DNA of 64,000 nt from Cetorhinus maximus (taxonomy: Eukaryota), in the NCBI RefSeq assembly GCF_964194155.1, contig NC_135890.1, forward strand, positions 97,278,001 through 97,342,000. Direction: 5' to 3'. Below, piece by piece: positions 1 to 13,346 of the stretch. Each line of letters opens with the position of its first letter. Within the stretch, counting starts at the first letter, position 1. The notes under the pieces are model-generated. The model was not told the origin of the DNA and ran no database searches. It was given only the letters and a program-made list of their open reading frames with translations. Made by a program: the position numbers and the translations under genes.

Positions 1-519
1 AACTACTCCTTGTGGTGCCAGCCTGAATTAGCCTATACTGGTAAATGGTTCTGTCACATCTACTGAAATTAACGTGCGCACACACATAAAAGAAGAAATT
101 AATAAAACATACACTATACTAAGTTACATGCTCATTGAAGTGGTGGAAGGTATAAAATGAAATGTGAAACAAGCTATTGAACGGAGGTACAAATAAGTCA
201 AAGTGAAATGTTTGAAAAAAAGCTACCAACTTCTGAAACTTTTCTGGCTCTCTGTTGACATCCCTACAAAGTAAACAGAACAGACCCATTAGGATAAGTC
301 GAAAGAAGCTTATAAAGACACACAACAAAATATGACAACTGGGCCTTTGAATCTTGCCAGCAGTATCTACGAATAACAATTCTACCAAAGTGATCTGCAC
401 TTCATACAATTGATCATAACTACTATTTTCCTAATCTATCCAGCTGAGTTCAAGTATTTCACACCACTTTTAAAGCAGTGATATGGATGAAACAGTTCTG
501 TGTAACAATGATTCAACTC

Positions 520-900
520 CCTTGCTGCTTTAGTGGATAAAGGCACCGTGGGATATTTCACTAAACTATACAGATTGCAAAATATCAGGTTAGGTCACCC
601 AATCTCAGGCAGGCTAACAACCAAGCTGCTGCAATTAGCTTCAGCACAATTGAACTAAGGAGAGAAAACTAAATAATCAGCAGGGCTCCCATCCCTGAAA
701 GCTATCCAGTGACCCCTGGTGGAAAGTCTGCATACAACGTCAGGGTATAACAAAATTAAGTTTGGCTGCAACACCCTGCAAAAATATTGATACATGCAGT
801 CTGGGCTCACAGATAAAGAATGGTCATTTGGATGAGGTGCTGAAGAGCGGTTATCAAAATTAAGCATCAATGAAAGATAGGCAGAAAAATGGGGAAGTGA
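520..900 (+). mobile_element. Ancient degenerate SINE (resembles AmnSINE2-type core, from memory)
   Basis: AATCAGCAGGGCTCCCATCCCTGAAAGCTATCCAGTGACCCCTGGTGGAAAGT; a related fragment lies at ~1985-2130. Family assignment not verified. Confidence 0.35.
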
Positions 901-1079
901 GGGGGTGGGCAGGGAAATAAAAGAATGAAGAGTTTGCTCTTATTACCAATTGGACAGAACTCGAAGCAAGTGGACATCCGTTCTGGGTACCAAAATATGT
1001 GGTCAAATACATTTATAAAAACTCTCTTTAACATTACAAAAATATAAGTGAACAGTATGTTACTGCTCTCATGCATGAG

Positions 1080-1350
1080 CATGGTAGTATAGAGGTTATG
1101 GTACTGTGCTCAATTTAATAAATCTTTGTGGGCTGCCATCAAAAACATAAAATGACCAAGAAAGCTGTCAGATTGTTCTAAAAAGCCAACTGGTTCTTTA
1201 ATGTGCTTCAGGGAAAAGAGCCTGCCACTCCTACTGGTCTGGCCTGCATGGGACTAGTCTTACACTATGCGACGGACTCAATTCCATCTGAAGAAGCAGC
1301 TCATGACCATGTCAAGGCAACTAGGGATGAAGATAAATGCAGGTTTATCT
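1080..1350 (+). mobile_element. Degenerate short SINE sharing the head, middle region and 3' tail of the tRNA-headed LINE
   Basis: CTGGTTCTTTAATGTGCTTCAGGGAAAAGAG...TGGTCTGGCCTGCATG middle region followed directly by the tail AAGGCAACTAGGGATGAAGATAAATGC. Confidence 0.55.
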
Positions 1351-2134
1351 AAAATGGAAAAATAAGTTTAAAAACTGCACTCTGTGGCACAGAATGTGGT
1401 TTTGCATCTATAGTTCCCCAAACAATTTACAGATTTCAGCCAGCAAGGACGAAGCGATTAAATCATCCTAACCCAAATAAGGTCTCCCTAGTTTATGAAG
1501 AAGCATTTCTCAATGCCATAGTCAGGGTTTATTGTGATGTAATCCAATGAGCAAAATTTTATCTCCCCAAGCTAACAAACATCCACACTTTAAAAAAAGT
1601 TTGTTTCTGAAATCCCACCCTACAATGTTACTTACTTACAATGGTTCATAAAAAAAAATGACATGAATGGTTAAGAATTCTCAGAATCCTCTAGATCAGC
1701 AATGTGAAACTCAAATCTTCAAGTGTATGAATTAGATACATAGATTTATGATTTCAGAATGTTGATTATATTTTCATTGAGTACCCCCACAATAAACTTA
1801 GTTCTTCAAAGCTACTAGCCCGATCAACCAAATTTAGTTCTGAGTAGTAATTAATATCCAATTCTGACAAGGTAAGGAAAATAAAAAGGTGCCCTAGATT
1901 CTTAAGAGTTTTAGTTTTGCTTACTATGAATAATAACACCTAAGAGTCTTTGATGAAACTCTCCTATGATTGCTCTCTAATAAACAGCTCAGCCTGGTTG
2001 GCTTGGCTGGTCAACTGGTTAAATTAATGAGGAGCTGAGCCAACCAAATTAACAAAATACCAGATTAGATTCCTGATCTATGATGATTTACCTCAGCTGG
2101 GGGAGTTATAGCAACATCACAATTGATCTCTTCA

Positions 2135-3085
2135 CAACAACTATTTGCATTTATATAGCATCTTTAACATAGTGGAACATTACCAAGGCCCCTCACAGGA
2201 ATGCTATCAACCAAAATTTGACATCAAACCACTTAAGACGACATTAGGATAGCTGACCAAATATTTGGTTGAAGAGGTAGGTTTTAAGGGGTAACTTCAG
2301 ATAGCAGAGGATAGTAGAGTGGTTTAGTGAAGGTATTCCAGAGCTTGGGGCCTAGACAGCTGAAGGCATGATTGCCAATGGTAACACAACTAAAATTATG
2401 ACACACAAGAGGTCAGAATTAGACGAGTGCAGAGACCTCAGAGGGTTGCAGGGCTTAAGGAGGTTACAGAGATAAGTAAGGGTGAGACCATGGAGGAATG
2501 TGAAAACAAGGATGAGAAGCCAATGTATGTCAGTGAGCACAGAGGTACTGAGTGAACAAGATGGTATGAGTGAGGATAGGGGGAGCAGAGTTTTGGATAA
2601 GGTCAAGTTTATGGAAGGTGCATTATGGGAGGCCAGCTAGGAGAGCATTATAATAGCCAAGTCTAGAGAAAGCCTACAGCTGTAAGATATGAATGGGGGT
2701 TTCAGCAGCAGATGAGCTGAGGTAGGGGCAGAGATAAGAGATATTACAGGTGGTCTTGATGATGGGACAGATGTGGCTGAAAGTTCATCTCAGGGTCAAA
2801 TATGATACCAAAGATGAGAAAACTCTTATTCAGCACCAGGCAGGAACCAGAGAGAGGGATGGAATTTGTGGCAGGGACCAAAGACAATGGCTTTGATCTT
2901 CCCAATATTCAGTTGGAAGAGCTTTCTGCTCAACCAATATCAGATACTAAACAAGCAGTACGTCAAAATCAAAGACAGTGGAGGAGTCAAGAGAGGTTTT
3001 CAGTTCATGTCACTGAGAGGCAGCATGTAGGTGAGAAATAGAAGGGGACCAAAGATAGATCCTTTGGGGGACTCCAGTGGTACCC
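2135..3085 (-). mobile_element. L2-clade LINE 3' fragment
   Basis: L2-type 3' tail (minus strand ...GTTAAAGATGCTATATAAATGCAAATAGTTGTTG); decayed RT C-terminus (HWL..., YLCNLL, RSLHSS). Confidence 0.7.
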
Positions 3086-3399
3086 CAATCTGTTCAAAGA
3101 ATTGGGGGGGGTGCTGAGAGGGAAAGAATGGTGAAGAGAGTCAGCATATTTGCCCCAATCGCTACCCAGAAACACCTGATGGAAATGCATTTATATAGGT
3201 GCCAGGCGGGGAGATAGGCCTCGACAATGATGCAGCCTACTGTGAAGTAGTGTTTTGACAATCCCTATGTAGACTGACACAGGAAGAAAAGGAATTTGGG
3301 CTACTTCTGCACCTGGAGCTGAATTCCCCAGACAAATACCAGGAGCTTGTGGGGTGGGGTGAAGAGTGGAAACTGGCCTTTATGTAAATATTATAAACA

Positions 3400-4445
3400 T
3401 ATGTTTCCTAAAGGCATTTGATAAGCTGCCACCAAAAAAAGTTAACATAGAATTGCGGATAACATATTAGCATAGATGGAGGATTGGTTAATGGACAGAC
3501 AGCAGTGAGTAGAGATACTTGGGGCATTTTAAAGTTGGCAGACTTACTAGTGGAGCACCACAAGAACATGTGCTTGAGCCTCAGTTATTTATAGTCAATA
3601 TTAATGACTGAGATGAAGAGAGAGAGCAATATACAGTATGCTGACGATACAAGACTAAGTGGGAGTACAAGCTAGAGGAGAACACGTGGCTGCAAAGAGA
3701 TATGGACAGATTAAGTGAATGGGAAACAAGGTGACAGAGCATAATGTGGGGAAGTGAGTGTTTATTCATTTTGGTAGTAATAAAAAAGCAAAATTGTTTT
3801 AAAAGGTGTGAAACTTTAAAATGTTGGTGTTCAGAGAGAATTGGATGTACTCATACAAGAAACAAAAAGTTAGCATACAGGTACAGGAAGCAATTAGAAA
3901 GGCAAATGACATGTTGGCATTTATTGCAAGGGGATTGAGTACAAGAATAAGGAAGTGTTGCTACAATTGTATAAGGCTTTGGCAAGACCACGCCTAGATT
4001 ACTGTGCGTACTTTTGATCTACATGTCTAAGGGTGGAGTCTAGGGAGGTGGTACAATGAAAGTTCACTAAACTGGTTCTCGCGATGAGAGAGTTGTCCTA
4101 GGATGAGAGGCTGAGTAAATTGTATCTATATTCTCTGAAGTTTAGAAGAATAAGAGGTGATCTCAATGAAACATACATTGTAAGATTCTGAAGGGTCTTG
4201 ACAGGGTAGATACAGAGGTTATTTCCTCTGGCTGGGAATCTAGAACACTGGATTGATCATTTAGGACCGAGATGAGGAGAAATTTCTTTATTCGGAGTGT
4301 TGTGGATGCTCCATCGTTTGAGTATATTCAAGGCTGGGGTAGTTTGACTTTCGGTCCCTCGGAGTTAAAAGCAGACAATCAGCCAGGATTGTACTGAATG
4401 GCAGAGCAAGCTTAAGGAGCCATATGCTCTACTTCTGCTCTGTTT
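3400..4445 (+). mobile_element. CR1 LINE 3' fragment, decayed
   Basis: KAFDK, YADDT-like (tatgctgacgatacaa), LARPRLDYC and CR1 3' tail ...GAATGGCAGAGCAAGCTTAAGG. Confidence 0.75.
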
Positions 4446-5289
4446 AAATTCATGCGACAACGTTTTTAGTCCTTATACTTGGGATCTAAACTCAGGCAGA
4501 ATATAACAAAATGTCTCCAGTCTCTGCAAATGCTCCCCTATAAACTATACTAGAAAGTGACTGCAAATATGGAATAGCATATAATGTTGTGCATCATTAA
4601 CTTGTTTCTACAAAATTAAGTCAGTAAACTGGAAACAATATTGAGTTTACTGCTTACTGAATACGAAGAGAGCCATATAATGATGAGCTACTGAAATTTC
4701 TGCCAGAAAGTTGGTGTTATCTTACAAATCAAGTCACAATTCTCAATTGAGGTTCAGTCATGCTTACCCTTTTAAAGAATAAAGTAGTCCCCATGCACCA
4801 TAAAGTCACAAGGTTGCTACCAGTGTTCTGAAATCAGACAACACAAGGCATCCAAAGTGGTCTATAGTTACCCCCCCCTCCATCCGCCATTTCCCTTCCT
4901 CTCTCTTGAAGGGGCACCAAACCACCAACCTATCCACCCAAAAGCAACTTAGCTGAATCTGGAAAATCATGTGTAAAATTGTGAGCAACCTCTCATACAA
5001 AAAAAAAAGACTTGCATTTATATATTGCCTTTCACGACCACCATCTCATAAAGCCTCAGCTTGCTGCACAATATGTGACCTCCCTACCAATTGTTTTGGC
5101 ATTCAAAAATGCTGTTCAGTACGAAGAAAGCATTTAATACATTGCTTCAGAAGCTATACTACATCAAATACATATATACTCTATATTGGTCACAGTCGAT
5201 GTCAGTGTTTTTAAGCATTTAATCCAAAGGAAGCCTGATGCCAGGACAATGAGGTCCACACTATAGATATATTAACTGTGCACTTTTTT

Positions 5290-6565
5290 CTATTCCATTT
5301 TCTTCCCTTGGAATCCAGGTCACTCACCTTACATCCTTTCTCAGCTGCAACATAAGTATCATCTGCTTTTCTCATGGCCATCAATACCATAATTTTATCA
5401 CCAAGAATGTGAATTCAAGCAGAACCAGTTAGTACTTGACGAGGGTCTCGAACAAGAGCATGGAGCTCAAAGTTCTGCCATGGGATTGAACCATTTCTGT
5501 AACTGTCTGTTATTCCACCCCTTCCCATGGCCCAAGCTAAATCTCTCCCCCAAGTCCCTGTCACTGCTGTCAGCGTATACTCGAGATTTTCCATCTCCCT
5601 TAATACTCTTCCTGAGCTCATCTTATCCTCCTATATTCCCATAAAATTGCTAACCACTCAACTTTCCTAACATTGTAAATGACTCCCGCTCTCTTGCAAA
5701 ACTGTGTTAATCGCCCCTTACAGTTAGCACCCCATCATCAACCTCCCTCTCCTTTCCAAAGATCCTGAGCAAATTTTTGGCTTCCAATTTATACATACCT
5801 TTTCCACATTCTTGAATCTTTCCAATCAGGTTTCCAGCCCTGCCACAGCACTGAAACAGCTCCATCTAAACTCAAATTACATTCTTAGTGACTATGGTGG
5901 ATTAACCATCCTTGTCCTCTCTGCAGCCTTTGACACAGTTGACCAAATCCTCCTCCTCCTCCCATGCCTCCCCTACATTGTCCAACTCAGTGACACTTTA
6001 CTTGCTTGAACCTGCTCTTACTAATCCAATTGCAACCAGATGATCTCCAGAAACTGCTCATTTTTTTATCCCTACATTATCTCCAGAGTCATCCCAGGAT
6101 CTATCCTTGGCCCTCTTTTCCTCATTCACATGCAGCCCCTTAACGACAGTTTTTGACACAGTCAGTTTCCACTTGCATGCTGATGGCACACAACTGTACC
6201 ACTCAACCTCCTCTTTCAGAATTGGCAGCACCTCTGCCAACCTCTCAGCCCCCTGTATTGTCTAACCTTGAATGAACTCCACTTTTTGTCAGTTAAACAT
6301 AGGGAGGACTAAAGTTGCTATTTTTGACTCCCACCACAAACTCTGTACCTTGCCATTGATCCTATCCCACTCCCTGTCAGGATTTAAAGGTGGACCAGTC
6401 TGCAGAATAAATGCATCGCACGTGACTCCAAGCTGAGCTTCTGGGCTCATATTTTAAGCACAAAAACCACATACTTCCACCATCATCATATTTCCTGCTT
6501 CCATTCTACACCCATTTGCCACTGAAAGCATCAACAATGCTTCTGTCACCTCTATATCTAATTAT
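5290..6565 (+). mobile_element. L2-clade LINE RT fragment
   Basis: QSGF, LVLSAAFDTVD, PQGSILGPLF-like and HADGTQLY motifs. Confidence 0.75.
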
Positions 6566-6577
6566 TCCAAAACTGAG

Positions 6578-8080
6578 GCAAAAGCAAAATACTGTGGATG
6601 CTGGAATTCTGAAATAAAAACAGAAAACGCTGGAAACGCTCAGCAGGTTAGGTAGCATCTGCACAGAGATCAGAAGGTTCGCTACTTGTTCCTTAAATGG
6701 AAGCACAGTCAGACTCCATCTACCGGCACCCTCCTCTCCCTGGCTGAACAACTTCTCCTTTAACTCCACTCACTTCCTTCAAATAAAAGGTGCTGCTATG
6801 GTTCCACGCATAGGTCCTGGCTATGCCTTTTTGGAGACATGTGGACCCTTCCTTGTTTCAGGCTACTTGGGGCCCCTCCATCACCTCTTTTCCTAGTATA
6901 CTGATGACTGTATCACTGCCCTTTCCTGCTCCTGCCTCAAACTGGAAAATTTCATCAGCTTTGTTGCAAACTTCCACCCTTCTCTCAAGTTCACATGGTC
7001 CATCTCTGACTCTTCCCTTCTGCAACTTCCGTGTATCAATTTCTGAGAATAGTCTGTCAATCAATTTTCACTATAAGCTCACTGACTCCCACAGCTACCT
7101 TGACTGATTAAAGTCACAACCTGAAATGTTAACTGTTTCTCTCTCCACAGATGATGTAAGGTCTGCTGTGTATTTCCATCATTTCCTATGCTCATTTCAG
7201 ATTACCAGCATTCGCAGTATTTCGCTTTTGTGTACATTTCCTTACATCCTACTTCCTGTAGGAATTCAGTCTATTCTCCCAGTTTCCCTGTCTCAGCCAC
7301 ATCTATTCTAATGATGCAACCTTCCATACTGGCGCTTCTGATATGCCTTCTTTTTTCCTTAAATCAAGGATTCTCCCACAGTGGTTGACTTCGTCCATCC
7401 CATTTCCTGCACTCTGCTCTCATCCCTTTCCGTCCCTCTCAGAACCATGATAGAATTCCCCTTGTCCTCATCTTCCACCCTGCCAACCTCCCTATTCAAT
7501 GGGTCATCCTCTGCCTTTTCCAATAACTCCAGCATGATGCTACCACCAAACACATCTTCCCTTTCAGCATTTTAAATTGCCCCTTCCCTCCGTGACACCC
7601 TGGTCCACTTCTCTACCATTTCAACACTCGCTCTCCTTCACAATACCTCCCTATCTCCTCATGCCACCTTTCTATCTAAGCGTTCGAGATCCAACACCTG
7701 TCCTTTTACCTCCTCTCACCTCATCAGCCAAGGCCCCAAACACACCCTCCAGGTGAAACTGTAATTTATGTGTACTTTTCAAAAAAATCTAATATACTAT
7801 ATTCACCACTCACAACGTGATCTGCTCTACAATGGGGAAAACAAAAGTAGATTGGGTGATGGCTTTATGGAAAAACCTCCGTTCAGTCTGGAGCATGACC
7901 CTGGATTTCCAGTTGCCTGTCATTTTAACCTTGCTCTCATGCTGGCCTCTCTGTCCTCAGCATCCTGCAGTGCTGCAATGAAGCTCCACGTAAGCTCGAG
8001 GAAAAGGAATTTATCTTTCGATTAGGCATTTTACAGCCTTCCGAACTCAGCACTGAGTTCAACAATTTCAGGCCATAATC
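6578..8080 (+). mobile_element. Penelope-like retroelement, 5'-truncated with an inverted terminal repeat
   Basis: RT NNFSFNSTHFLQIKGAAM..IGPGYA (~6747-6830), degenerate YTDDC (~6897), HYKLTDSHSYLD; GIY-YIG NLIYYIHHSQRDLLYNGENKSRLGDGF (7768-7870); inverted terminal-repeat copy at 6578-6675 and a second terminal-repeat copy inserted at ~7105-7232. Confidence 0.8.
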
Positions 8081-9569
8081 GCGGCCTCTATTTTGTTTCC
8101 TTTGTTGTTACAGGTTTTGATTTTAGTCTCCTATTTCCCTTGTTTTTGCTTTCAACAGCAGCTGTCCAAGTGGGCAATTATAAATAACCCAAGTGTCACA
8201 AGCATAAACTAGTTGTGCAAAATCATACGTGTGAATGTAATAAATTTTGTAATTTAATTCTATGTTATATTTTACTAATCGATTTAATATGTCAGAGCTA
8301 ATGTAAAATCTAGACTGAAACTTGAATACTTCCTACGTCTAAGGGAGGTGGCTTTTATGACATTGAAGTTCCAGGAACTGGATTCAAAATTAGCAGGTAC
8401 ATACAGGCCCAAAGGAACATTTGGTCACTGAGCTCAGTGACTGTTCTAAATTCTCCACCTGACTGTCAACATATTACAAAAACAATCTGCAGAGCACAAT
8501 GGGAAATACAACCACAGTGGAACCAGACACCTTCCCACCTAAATGCAGGAAACAAAGAGTTATGTTTCTTGCTAGTGACTAGCTCACAAGAGCATTTTCA
8601 GATCCCTGGGAAAGTTTCCTACCTTACCAAATGCATGGTGTGAATCCCAAGAAAGAAATAAAGGGATTGCTACTTGAAGTGGGGTTTGATAGTCTAAACT
8701 GAGTTGTCTGGTGGGTCCAGGCCTGGGGCGCAAAGCAACCCATAATTCAGGTATCTCAGTTGAAAAAAAACACTGGGAAAGCTGCTATAAGAAATATGTA
8801 TTAAAAAAGCAGAAATACATGGTAGGACCGGTCTTTTAATGTTAGTAATAATCTATATCTGTAGGCTAAAGCACCAGGTTGTGTATGTCAAGGCATGCTT
8901 GAAGCCAAAACTAGAAGCAAAAAGTGGAAATGTTCCATTCTCCACTACGGATGCTCCCTAATAGGGCAAGCTCTCACCAAATTATACACATTTAATGCTG
9001 GCAATTTGTAGTTATTTAAATTAACAGCTAGTGGAAACTAGTGGTTTGAAAAAAATACCTGGCAACAATTTACAAACACAGATGGTTTGTACCTCAAAAT
9101 GAAGGAAGCTCCTCATACTGCAACAGAGTGCACAACAACTGGATTGACTGGCTTAGTCACATTGCCATTACTGGGCAATTTACAACAATAGTTAACTACA
9201 ATTCTGTACAAAATTACAAACCCAGCTGTTGAAAGTGTAACTTTAATCCGAGTTAGTTTACAACAGTGTTTTTTAAAAAATTTTTCTGACGGCAACAATC
9301 CCAAACAATGGACGGAATCATCCCAGATTTGCGCTAAGTGCAGTAGCAGGCGGGTAAAACGATGTTTCACTCACCTGCTGCAATGGCCGCATCATCCCAA
9401 ACCTCACACATTAATTATGCATTCCATGGAAACACCGTTTCCATGGTGGGTAGGCCACCCGCCCACCACATCATTACCTCGCTGCTTCATCATGCCAGGC
9501 GCCATATTTAAAGTGCAGCCACGTGCACACCTGTCAGTGCTTCCAGCCCATGACTGCTGCACGGAAGAC

Positions 9570-11259
9570 ATGGCCCCAAAAGGCAAGATGACTGTAGCCC
9601 CCAGGTTCAATGACGTGTCCCTCGAGCACATTTTGAATGCAGGGGAGGCCTGCTGTGATGTCCCCTACCCTGCCCTGGCCACAGAATGGGCAGTAACATA
9701 ACCAATCCGGCTTGCGAGGCGGTGGCAGCAGTGGTCAGCGCCAACACCCTGCAAAAGAGGACAGCCACCCAGTGTGGCAAGAGAATGAATGATCTCCTCC
9801 ATTCTGCCAGGGTAAGTCACTCTTTTCATCACTCTCAACTCACACACTCACAAACCCATCACACATCCACAGGGCCCTCACTCACTGCCAGTTCAAGGGG
9901 CATCACCATTCACACTCTCACACACACCTTCATTGTCCTCATCCTGTCCATGGGATCACTCACCACCAACAAATGCCAGGCATACTTATCATCTGGCCTG
10001 GCAGGCATCCTGTTTACACTCCATCTCTACTCATGCAAGACAAGCTGGCACACAAGAGGGAGAGGTCACAGACTGGTGGAGGAATGCCTGAAATCAAGGT
10101 CCTCATGGACTTTGAAAACAGAGCCATCCAGCGGGCTGGCGAGGATCTGGACCATTCCTGTGCTGACGGTGAGATTGGCGGTGCTCAACCAACTGAGGAT
10201 CTAGCAGTGGAACATCCATCAGAAAGCCATGCTGCGAGTGATGTGTCCTGTTTCACAGGCCATTGCCACACACTAATTATCTCTCCTTGCTTTCGCAGGC
10301 ACATCTGGGAAACTGCCAAGAGAGTCCATGGCCCAGGGCCTCCAATCGAGGCCCAAAGGAAGCTCAGAACAGGAATGTGCTGAAACCCTCCCTGAAGACC
10401 AGTCACAGTCCTCACCCACGCCCTCCACCAGCGCAAACACACATCGGTGGATCCTAGCTTTACAGTAGTCTCAGGATCACGATCTGGTGAGCATAATCAC
10501 ACTTTGATCCAGAGCAGAAAACAGCAGGGACTTCCCAGGTGTCCTGGCACTCAGACTCAGCAAGTTTTCTGGCATCCAGCAGTCCTCAAAGTCAGATGAG
10601 GAGCCCCTGGACTTGGTCATGTCACAGTTGCTGGAGCTGCAAAGGCAAGCTCAGGCACATCAGGAAGGGATGTCTGCTGCACTCCTCAGATTGCAAGACA
10701 CAATGAAGGAGTCTGTCCACCTTCAGGCTGAAGTGATAGCACCAGCGTGCCAACACACCAAGGTCAACACTGGTAGGATGGTGGCCACCATGGAAATCTT
10801 GGTCCAGGATGTTGCTCCTGCACTGCTGCGCGGGCTGAACTCCATCGCCAACGCCAAGTTGGCCTCCAACAGTATGTACGCAAGAGGGGTGCGAGGCAGC
10901 CTGATCTCACTCCAGCTACCCCTTCTCCTCAAGGAGTCAGCCAGGGGCCGTTGGGCACCCAAAGGGAGGTGGTTCAGCAGGTGTACCCTCCAGGGCCATC
11001 CATTCAAGTGACTCCGGGAGTGTCCGGCCCATCCGATCTCCTCTTCCTATGACCTCAGCAGCTCCAGCTCCACAGGCCATTGCCACACAGCAGGACTCTG
11101 AAAGCAGGCTGGGGCCCTCCAAGTCTCAGTCCTCCACAGGACACCCACCAAGGCGTCACAGACAGGGTGTAGCAGTCCGCAGGCTGCCTCCACCTCCGCT
11201 GTGGATACTGGGGAGCACCAAGACATAGCGGCAGGGTTTGGAAAGTTAAGATGATGTAA
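9570..11259 (+). pseudogene. Harbinger Myb/SANT-like (trihelix) DNA-binding protein gene, spliced, frameshifted
   Basis: MAPKGKMTVAPRFNDVSLEHIL...(frameshift)...ACEAVAAVVSANTLQKRTATQCGKRMNDL; donor GTAAGT at 9812; next segment DKLAHKRERSQTGGG; acceptor tttcgcAG near 10298; coiled-coil-like segment QLLELQRQAQAHQEGMSAALLRLQ; ends GRVWKVKMM* at 11259; AATAAA at 11382. Confidence 0.75.
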
Positions 11260-11624
11260 CTCTTTCGAGTCAAAACCAAATAAATTAACAAAATCAGGGT
11301 GCCCATAGATCAGGAAAAAAGGTGTAGCTGCACAGCCTGGGCATGAATGTTAATCACATGTACATAATGTTCACTATTGTAAATAAACTCCCAAGAATGT
11401 CTCCCTGTCTATGGCTTCTTGTTCTGATGAGTAGTGTTCGTGTCACTCAGATGTGAAACCTTGGTCCTTGCACAAGATAAAGGCAGGTGTCTCAGTCCAG
11501 GGCCTCTTCCCTGTGCTTTGTGCAGCCTCCAAACCAAAGTGATGATCCGGCTTCACACTCCCTGGACATATTAGTGATGCCTGCACCTCGACAGTGTTTG
11601 TCACTGCTGCCAGAATGTGATTAT

Positions 11625-11792
11625 GATTGTCACGGTTGTTATTATTGAGACTAGCTTTATATTCCAGTTTTATAATTTGAATTTAAATTCCATCAGCTGC
11701 TGTGGTGGGGTTTGAACCCATGTCCCCACAGCATTAGCCTGGGCCTCTGGATTATTAGTTTAATGACATTATCGCTACGCCACCATCTCCCC
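11625..11792 (-). mobile_element. tRNA-derived SINE/LINE head inserted in the Harbinger element
   Basis: Minus strand GGGGAGATGGTGGCGTAGCG (A box) and GGTTCAAACCC (B box); same family as 37440-37612 and 63835-64000. Confidence 0.75.
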
Positions 11793-12226
11793 TTCTGTGG
11801 GCAGGCGTCACAGAGTTCCATCATATTCTCTGTACGCTCTCAGCACCTTTAAGATGGGGCTGGTCCCATCTCTTCAGCATCTGTGACCAGTGATGCTGTG
11901 CTCCTGAAGGGCTCAGGTGCTGAAGGTGGACAAAGGATTGGACGCTTTCAAAGTTTCATGGCTGCATCTCTATGATATGACCCTGATCACAAAGCACAAG
12001 CGAGCTGCCCTCAGCCAGACAGGAGTCAAACATTCTCAGATGCTATGTGAAGATCTAAGAAGTGTCCTCACTGCATGTCGGCATCTTCTTCCTGCAATTG
12101 AGCGACTATTAGGATCTCCCATGCATCTCCATGACAGGAGCATGATCACAGAGGGTATGTGCGCTGCCATAAGCCAGGCTGGAGTCAAACATTCACAGGT
12201 GCAATGTGAGGATCTATGGTGTCTTC

Positions 12227-13346
12227 TCACTGCATGTCATCATCATCCTCCGCAAATCTAGCAGCTATGAGAGCCTCCTGAGCGTGCCTGCCTCGTGTGG
12301 CCAGTGTGAGGCCCTCATCATCGTCTTCAACGACCTCATCAGAGCAGGGCTTCAGCTCCCGAATCTCCTCCTCAACCAGCTCCTCTCCCCATTGCAGCAC
12401 CAGGTTGTAAAGGGCGCAGCAGTCCGCAACAATGCATGACACCCTCTGTGGGGGCAACCAGACTGGTCCAGGCACCGGAACCTTATTTTCAGCATCCCAA
12501 TAGCTAGCTCAACTAAGTTACGAGCTGTAGCACGAACCTCGTTATGCCTTCGCCCTGCTGCAGTCTAAGGCCGCTGCATGGGTGTCATCAGCCAAATCCT
12601 CTGCGGGTAACCCTTGTCTCCTAGGAGCCAACCCTGTAGCCTATGTGGACCCTCGAAAACATCAAGAATCTGTGACCGACTTAAAATGTAGGAGTCATGG
12701 ACACTCCCTGGAAACCCTGCGCAGACCTGCAGGATGCATTTGAGGTTGTCGCACACCAGCTGCACATTCAGCGAACGGAAGCCCTTGCAGTTGACATAGC
12801 CGACCCCTTGTTGTGATGGAGATTTGAGTGCCACGTGAGTGCAGTTGATTGCACTTGTGGGAAACCCAAGGTCTGGGCCAATCCAATTGCTCTTGCATCC
12901 TGCCTCTCTTGGTAACGGGGGAAATGCACAAAGTTGTATGCGCTTGCAAAGATGGCATCCTGAAAGGAGCCCTGAAAGGAGTCACTAGTGTAAAAATTGA
13001 GCGCCATGGTCACTTTCACAGCCACTAGCAGTGGATGTCTTCCATGTCCCCATGGCGCCAAATCCTGCAGTAGCTGGCAGATGTGACCGACCAGTTCCCT
13101 AAACATGCGCAGTCTTCGGCGACACTGGTTCTCGGTCATCTGCAGGAATGGAAGGCGGCGTCTTTAGACCCTCAGTCTACCTAGGCACCAACCAATGACA
13201 GCTCGCTGTGGCCCTTCCCCAGCCACCCCTTCTTCCCGAGGGTGCTGCTTCTCCTTCTGCACAACCAAGTGCCTCCATCGCTCTCTTCTTCATTGTCTCT
13301 GCTCTTTGCACACCACGAGGCATATGGCTAGTTCACCAGGTTCCAT
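12227..13346 (-). pseudogene. Harbinger (HARBI1-like) DDE transposase, multiply frameshifted
   Basis: Motifs across frames: LAQTLGFPQVQ, YVNCKGFRSLNVQLVCD, FPGSVHDSYIL, WLLGDKGYP, IVADCCALYNL, acidic C-terminal tail. Start codon position (13346) is tentative. Confidence 0.88.

Noticed and set aside
12227-13346. Domesticated host gene HARBI1 (or NAIF1/MSANTD for the partner ORF)
   Set aside because: Both ORFs have frameshifts or stops and lie within TIRs and a TSD, so this is a decayed transposon.
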